From Nostoc punctiforme PCC 73102 (GTDB taxonomy: Bacteria > Cyanobacteriota > Cyanobacteriia > Cyanobacteriales > Nostocaceae): a DNA stretch of 32,000 nucleotides. A program made the translations under genes and the position numbers. This document shows, piece after piece, positions 27,617 to 32,000 of this stretch. The first letter of the stretch is position 1. The number at the start of each line of letters is the position of its first letter. The notes under the pieces were generated by a model. It was not told the DNA's origin. It saw only the letters and a program-made list of their open reading frames with translations, and searched no databases. Location of the stretch: NCBI RefSeq assembly GCF_000020025.1, contig NC_010628.1, positions 3,270,001 through 3,302,000 on the forward strand. Reading direction: 5' to 3'.

Positions 27617-28330
27617 ATGAAATATAATAGATTTCTAAATAAAATTACTACAGCTATTATTATCACGCTCCTTTCTTTTTCTTGTAAATCTTCTACTAGC
27701 ACAAAAGCAGAACAGGCACAAGCAACAGATAAATCGAAATCCGAACCGAATCTTGTTTATGGAGATTTAATTATTAAAGAGCAATCAGATTATATAATGA
27801 TTCCCGTTGTTCTTCCAGAGCAGAATGAAGATAAAAAAACTGATTTAAGCCTATCACGTTCTTATGAGAGAAACAACCAATTATCTAACATTATCTTTTA
27901 TCGCAAGCAAGATGGCGAAGCTCATATTTTATTAAATAAAAAAGCCATTATCGCCTCCTTTGATTTATTAGAGGTAAAAGCTGTAGAGAAGCTGCCTACA
28001 AGAGTTTGGTTTTATAAAATCCTTGACCAAGACACAAACATAGATACAAAGCTCAACAGCGAAGATGCCACTGTTGGTTATCTTTCTGATTTATCAGGTA
28101 AAAGTCTCCAGCAAATTACCCCAAACAATACTCAAATCATCAATTGGGTTGTTGTTCCAAGTCAAAATGCAATTTTTATAAAAATTATCAAAGACTCAGA
28201 TAATGATAAAAAATTTACAGGGAAAGATAAAACTAATTTTGTTAGGGTTAACCTAGATAAACCTGCTATGGGATCTGAGATTGTTAGTAATCAGATAGAG
28301 CAAGAAATTAAGTCATCCGTTCTTAAGTGA
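27617..28330 (+). CDS. Hypothetical lipoprotein, low G+C
   Basis: Signal peptide with lipobox LLSFSC. The protein is Lys/Asn/Ile/Asp-rich with no recognised domain. Lines I hand-counted inside the gene are about 30-38% G+C, visibly lower than the flanking genes. I prefer ATG 27617 over the TTG at 27614. Confidence 0.7.
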   Translation: MKYNRFLNKITTAIIITLLSFSCKSSTSTKAEQAQATDKSKSEPNLVYGDLIIKEQSDYIMIPVVLPEQNEDKKTDLSLSRSYERNNQLSNIIFYRKQDGEAHILLNKKAIIASFDLLEVKAVEKLPTRVWFYKILDQDTNIDTKLNSEDATVGYLSDLSGKSLQQITPNNTQIINWVVVPSQNAIFIKIIKDSDNDKKFTGKDKTNFVRVNLDKPAMGSEIVSNQIEQEIKSSVLK

Positions 28331-28345
28331 TTAGGTTTATCAAAA

Positions 28346-28697
28346 CAGAATTCAGAAGTCAGGAGCCAGAATAATGCCTCCGGCACGCTCCGCGAACAGA
28401 ATTTAATTCTGTATGACTGGCAGATAGCGCAGCGTAAAGCCTTCTCTACGAGAGGCTGCGCCAACGGCATGGCTTCTCTACGAGACGCTACCACGAACGC
28501 TTAGAGCGACTCCGCGAGCGTCTGAATCAAAGGGTTTAGGTGAATTCTAGTAATAAATTTACCATAGCCATTGGTTTCGACTTCGCTCAACCAACTGAGT
28601 GGTCGAGAGTTGAGCGAAGTCGAATAGCGATAGCATAGCGTTCGCGCAGCGTCTCGTAGAGAGGAACGAGCGTCTTGATTCTGACTTCTGAATTCTT
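28346..28697. mobile_element. Composite MITE-like palindromic element
   Basis: Terminal perfect 15-bp IR gaattcagaagtcag (28348-28362) / ctgacttctgaattc (28681-28695). Inside are copies of dispersed Nostoc-type repeats: cttctctacgagaggctgcg, cttctctacgagacgctacc and, in inverted form, gcgtctcgtagagagg. There is also a 15-bp perfect hairpin tcgacttcgctcaac (28576-28590) / gttgagcgaagtcga (28609-28623). The left end cagaagtcaggagccag matches the 25525 element. Track ORF 28291..28494(-) is a translation of this repeat. Confidence 0.7.
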
Positions 28698-28895
28698 CTC
28701 TTTAATTTATGGAGATGTCTAATTATCTGGAATCAGTGACAATGCAGTTTAGATAGTAAAAACTTATCCAAGCCATGATAAATAAGATTGTGGAAGCTCA
28801 GGCATGAGTAATGGATGTGAATGGTAACATTACCCTGGTAGCCCAAACACTTAGAGTAAATCCTGTGCGTTCCTGGTTATCAATTACCTCTTGTC

Positions 28896-31619
28896 ATGCT
28901 TATGGCTAAAACAACTAGGATTTTTGGCGCGAATTCTGTAAAAGTTAAAATACAGAAGCAGCCAGGGCGTTGGCGTAAAACCACACTGGCTCACTTTTTA
29001 CGTTTGCCTTTGTACTTCCTGATAGCTTTGCTATACATCTTGGGTTCACCCGTGCTAGCAAAAGTTTCTGGCTCAATTAATTCCTCATCTCAATCACAAA
29101 TTAAGAATTTGACATCGCTAGCTGTAGTTGCTGACCCAGGCTCACTACTAGAACAGGGCAAATTTTTATACAATTCTGGTAACTTTGCTAAGGCAGTGGA
29201 AGTGTTACAACAGGCTGCCCAAGCATATAAGCAGCAAGGAGAAAACCTCAGACAGGCAGCGACACTGAGTAATCTTTCCCTCGCTTACCAGCAACTTGGT
29301 TTATGGAGTCAGGCACAACAGGCAATTACAGAGAGCTTAAACTTACTCAAAAGACAAGATAAAAACCAAAATCTCCAGATTTTAGCCCAATCACTGGATA
29401 TTCAAGGTCGTCTTCAACAGAAAATGGGACAAGCCGAGGCAGCTTTAGCAACTTGGCAGCAGACAGAAGAAATTTACAGGCGAGCGGATAATCAAAGTGG
29501 TGTGGTGCGATCGCTAATCAATCAATCACAGGCGTGGCAAACCCAAGGATTTTACCCCCGCGCTGTCAAAACACTCGATCGGGTAAGTCAGACATTAAAA
29601 TCTCAACCAGATTCTATAGAAAAGACAGTGAGTTTGCGATCGCTCGGTGATGCTCTTTTAGTAGTGGGCGATTTGGAAAAGTCACGTCTGGCGCTAGAAG
29701 AAAGTCTGACGATTGCTCGAAATCTGCAATCAAGCGCAGATATTGCGGCCAGTCTGTTCAGCCTGGGGAATAATGCCCGTAAACAACAAAACAACCTACT
29801 GGCGATCGCCTATTATCAACAAACAGTTGCAGCATCTCCCTCACCCTTAATAAAAGTCCAAGCCCAACTCAATCACCTGAGCCTACTGATTGAAGCTCAA
29901 CAATGGACAAAGGTTCAAACTTTCTTACCGTTGATTGAGTCCGAACTCGCTCAACTTCCTCCCAGCCGTGCTAGCATTTACGCTCACGTTAACTTTTCCC
30001 AAAGTTTGGTAAAAGTCAAGGGTGGTATATTGCAAGCATCTAGTCAGCATTACTACTCAGGATTCAGCACCAAAGAATCAGCAGTATTACTCGCTAGGGC
30101 TATTGAACAATCCCGCAGTTTAGGGGACAAGCGGGCAGAAGCATACTCACTAAAGAGTTTAGGCGGCTTGTATGAAGAAACCGGACAATTGTCATACGCG
30201 CAAGAGCTTACCCGGCAAGGATTAGCTTTAGCACAGAGCAGCAATGCACCAGAAATCACCTACACCTTAGAGTGGCAGTTAGGTAGATTACTGCGGGCAA
30301 AAAAAGATATGAATGGTGCGATCGCAGCCTATGATGCTGCTGTAAACACTCTCCAATCCCTTCGCAGAGATTTAGTAGTCAATAAAGACGTAGTTAACCA
30401 GGATGTACAATTCAACTTTCGGGACAGCGTAGAACCCATCTACCGAGAGTCAGTAGAGTTACTACTAAAATCCCAAGCAGGAAAACCAGATGAAAAAATA
30501 TTGGAGAAAGCACGCCAACGCATTGAAGCACTCCAACTAGCAGAATTGGACGACTTCTTTCGAGAAGCTTGCCTACAAGGAAAGAGAGTAGCTCTCGATC
30601 AAATAGTGAATAAAGATAATCCTACGGCTGCCATCCTTTATCCAATTATTCTTCCTGACGAACTTCAGGTAATTGTCAAAATTCCCAAACAACCCCTGCA
30701 AAGCTACACTACTCAGATTTCTCATACAGAAGTAGAGAAATTGTTAGTAGAACTGCGAAAAAATCTTGTCAATCCCACCGCTACCAAAGTCGTCCAAACC
30801 CAGGCGCATGAAGTTTACAACTGGCTGCTTCAACCCATTGAGTCAAAATTGCAAAACAGTGGGGTAGATACCCTAGTGTTTGTTCTAGATGGTTCGTTAC
30901 GCAATTTACCAATGGCAGCTCTATATGATGGTAAGCAATATTTGGTAGAGAAATATGCAATTGCTCTGAGCGTGGGTCTGCAACTCCTCGATCCTAAACC
31001 ACTGGTAAAACAGCAGCTAAGAGCGCTAACCGCAGGACTGACTCAGCCACCACCAGGTTTTTCTAAGTTTGCACCGTTGCTTGCGATCAAATCTGAATTC
31101 GACGGCATTACCAAAGCAGGAGTCTCGACAACTAGTTTACTAGATGGAAATTTTAAGAAAAAGAATTTAGAGGGTGAAATTAGTGCCGCTTCATTCAACA
31201 TAGTGCATTTAGCAACCCACGGTCAGTTTAGTTCCCGCATTGAAGACACTTTTATTTTGGATTTCGATGGTCAGATCAATGTCAAAGATTTTGATACTCT
31301 TTTTCGCAGTCAGGGTAAAACTATAGTAGAGTTACTAGTTTTGAGTGCTTGCCAGACAGCAGCAGGAGACAGCCGCGCAGCACTGGGCCTTGCAGGAGCA
31401 GCTGTCCGAGCTGGCGCACGCAGTACCATCGCCTCACTGTGGCAGATTGATGATGAATCCACGGCAATGTTTGTTAGTGCCTTCTATCGAGAACTCAAAA
31501 GTGGCAAAACCACCAAAGCCAAAGCTGTCCACCGTGCCCAGCTACAACTGCTGCAACACCCTAACTACAAAGCACCAAGCTTTTGGTCTGCCTATGTGTT
31601 GATTGGCAATTGGTTGTAA
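28896..31619 (+). CDS. TPR-repeat / CHAT-domain (caspase-like) protein with N-terminal membrane anchor or signal
   Basis: N-terminal hydrophobic segment LRLPLYFLIALLYILGSPVLA, then multiple TPR-like repeats (e.g. GNFAKAVEVLQQAAQAYKQQG, RQAATLSNLSLAYQQLGLWSQA). The C-terminal CHAT domain has the His/Cys dyad contexts IVHLATHGQF and LVLSACQTAAGD and ends PSFWSAYVLIGNW. Confidence 0.9.
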   Translation: MLMAKTTRIFGANSVKVKIQKQPGRWRKTTLAHFLRLPLYFLIALLYILGSPVLAKVSGSINSSSQSQIKNLTSLAVVADPGSLLEQGKFLYNSGNFAKAVEVLQQAAQAYKQQGENLRQAATLSNLSLAYQQLGLWSQAQQAITESLNLLKRQDKNQNLQILAQSLDIQGRLQQKMGQAEAALATWQQTEEIYRRADNQSGVVRSLINQSQAWQTQGFYPRAVKTLDRVSQTLKSQPDSIEKTVSLRSLGDALLVVGDLEKSRLALEESLTIARNLQSSADIAASLFSLGNNARKQQNNLLAIAYYQQTVAASPSPLIKVQAQLNHLSLLIEAQQWTKVQTFLPLIESELAQLPPSRASIYAHVNFSQSLVKVKGGILQASSQHYYSGFSTKESAVLLARAIEQSRSLGDKRAEAYSLKSLGGLYEETGQLSYAQELTRQGLALAQSSNAPEITYTLEWQLGRLLRAKKDMNGAIAAYDAAVNTLQSLRRDLVVNKDVVNQDVQFNFRDSVEPIYRESVELLLKSQAGKPDEKILEKARQRIEALQLAELDDFFREACLQGKRVALDQIVNKDNPTAAILYPIILPDELQVIVKIPKQPLQSYTTQISHTEVEKLLVELRKNLVNPTATKVVQTQAHEVYNWLLQPIESKLQNSGVDTLVFVLDGSLRNLPMAALYDGKQYLVEKYAIALSVGLQLLDPKPLVKQQLRALTAGLTQPPPGFSKFAPLLAIKSEFDGITKAGVSTTSLLDGNFKKKNLEGEISAASFNIVHLATHGQFSSRIEDTFILDFDGQINVKDFDTLFRSQGKTIVELLVLSACQTAAGDSRAALGLAGAAVRAGARSTIASLWQIDDESTAMFVSAFYRELKSGKTTKAKAVHRAQLQLLQHPNYKAPSFWSAYVLIGNWL

Positions 31620-31750
31620 TTTGGGCACTTGGGCTCATACAGAGCATGGGAATGGCTGATTAAAGGCAATACTTGTCGGGTTTTGGGGAAAAGGGGAAGA
31701 TGGGGTCCCCTCTGGGGATAAGGGGCGGGGGAAAGGAAAGAAAAAGCCTT

Positions 31751-31853
31751 TACAGCGCTTCCGGCTATTATGCAATACAGTTTTTCTCCTTGCCCTCTCC
31801 TATCAAAGCTTTCAGATTTGAGGATGTACCTCATAGCTGCCGGAAGTGCTGTA
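31751..31853. repeat. Imperfect inverted repeat (MITE-like) preceded by a G-rich tract
   Basis: tacagcgcttccggctattatg (31751-31772) versus catagctgccggaagtgctgta (31832-31853): 18 of 22 positions are complementary. Upstream, 31681-31736 is a purine/G-run tract similar to the core of the 25525 element. Track ORFs 31592..31834(-) and 31673..31888(+) lie in this repeat and are not credible genes. Confidence 0.5.
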
Positions 31854-32000
31854 ACCCTCTTCTGTCACTCTCCGGAATAACCAATTAGTAAAGAAGCTAA
31901 ATCATCCAGAAGCAAAACAGGGTTTAAATTGATTCATTGCGGCAATTAAATGATTGAATCCCAGTAACAAATCTGAATTTGGGAAAATACTTAACCAGGG

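Noticed and set aside
31681-31736. G-run tract (ggggaaaaggggaagatggggtcccctctggggataaggggcggggg) as a G-quadruplex motif
   Set aside because: It has enough G4 runs on paper, but one loop is 8 nt. The tract is part of a dispersed repeat family (similar core at 25561-25585), so a locus-specific function is unsupported.
1-32000. Search for CRISPR arrays, tRNA/rRNA genes, toxin-antitoxin pairs and known defence operons
   Set aside because: There are no spacer-interrupted direct repeats, no T-loop (GTTCGAATC-like) or cloverleaf candidates, and no adjacent small-ORF pairs. The only nuclease-like genes (Uma2, PLD remnant) stand alone.

Overview
This looks like a chromosomal segment from a filamentous, probably heterocyst-forming cyanobacterium of the Nostoc/Anabaena type. 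That call is an inference from frequent GCGATCGC (HIP1) octamers, heptameric STRR tracts, Nostoc-style palindromic intergenic repeats, an NsPCS-like gene, and PEP-CTERM and TPR-CHAT proteins. I support about 27 genes or gene remnants, mostly unlinked functions. They include a GT4 glycosyltransferase, a lone PotC-like ABC permease and a zinc-ribbon Ser/Thr kinase fused to an FGE-type domain. There is also a bestrophin-type channel with a small downstream partner, a PEP-CTERM protein and a CrtD/CrtH-like FAD oxidoreductase. Further genes are an SPFH/prohibitin protein, an ABC-F ATPase, a HAD hydrolase and a three-gene OpuC-type osmoprotectant ABC operon. The rest are a Uma2 endonuclease, a divergent phytochelatin-synthase-like/gamma-glutamyltranspeptidase pair, a DUF1802-like protein, a low-G+C lipoprotein and a 907-aa TPR-CHAT protein. 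I found no rRNA, tRNA or CRISPR. The strongest lead is at the left edge. A large serine recombinase (XisF-like, missing from the ORF track because it runs off the window) starts 38 bp from a PLD/HKD-ComEA nuclease gene that lacks its 5' part. This pattern fits the edge of a gene-interrupting, possibly developmentally excised, DNA element. Other leads are imperfect direct repeats bracketing a low-G+C 1.9-kb insert upstream of the CHAT gene, and an ORF-less extended -10 promoter plus terminator pair (candidate sRNA or leader). There is also a 10.5-copy 21-bp tandem array that could encode a perfect heptad peptide, a nested MITE family, and several decayed genes (a frameshifted GATase, an internally deleted SDR, an AKR stump). 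All homology calls rest on motifs read by eye; no database search was possible.
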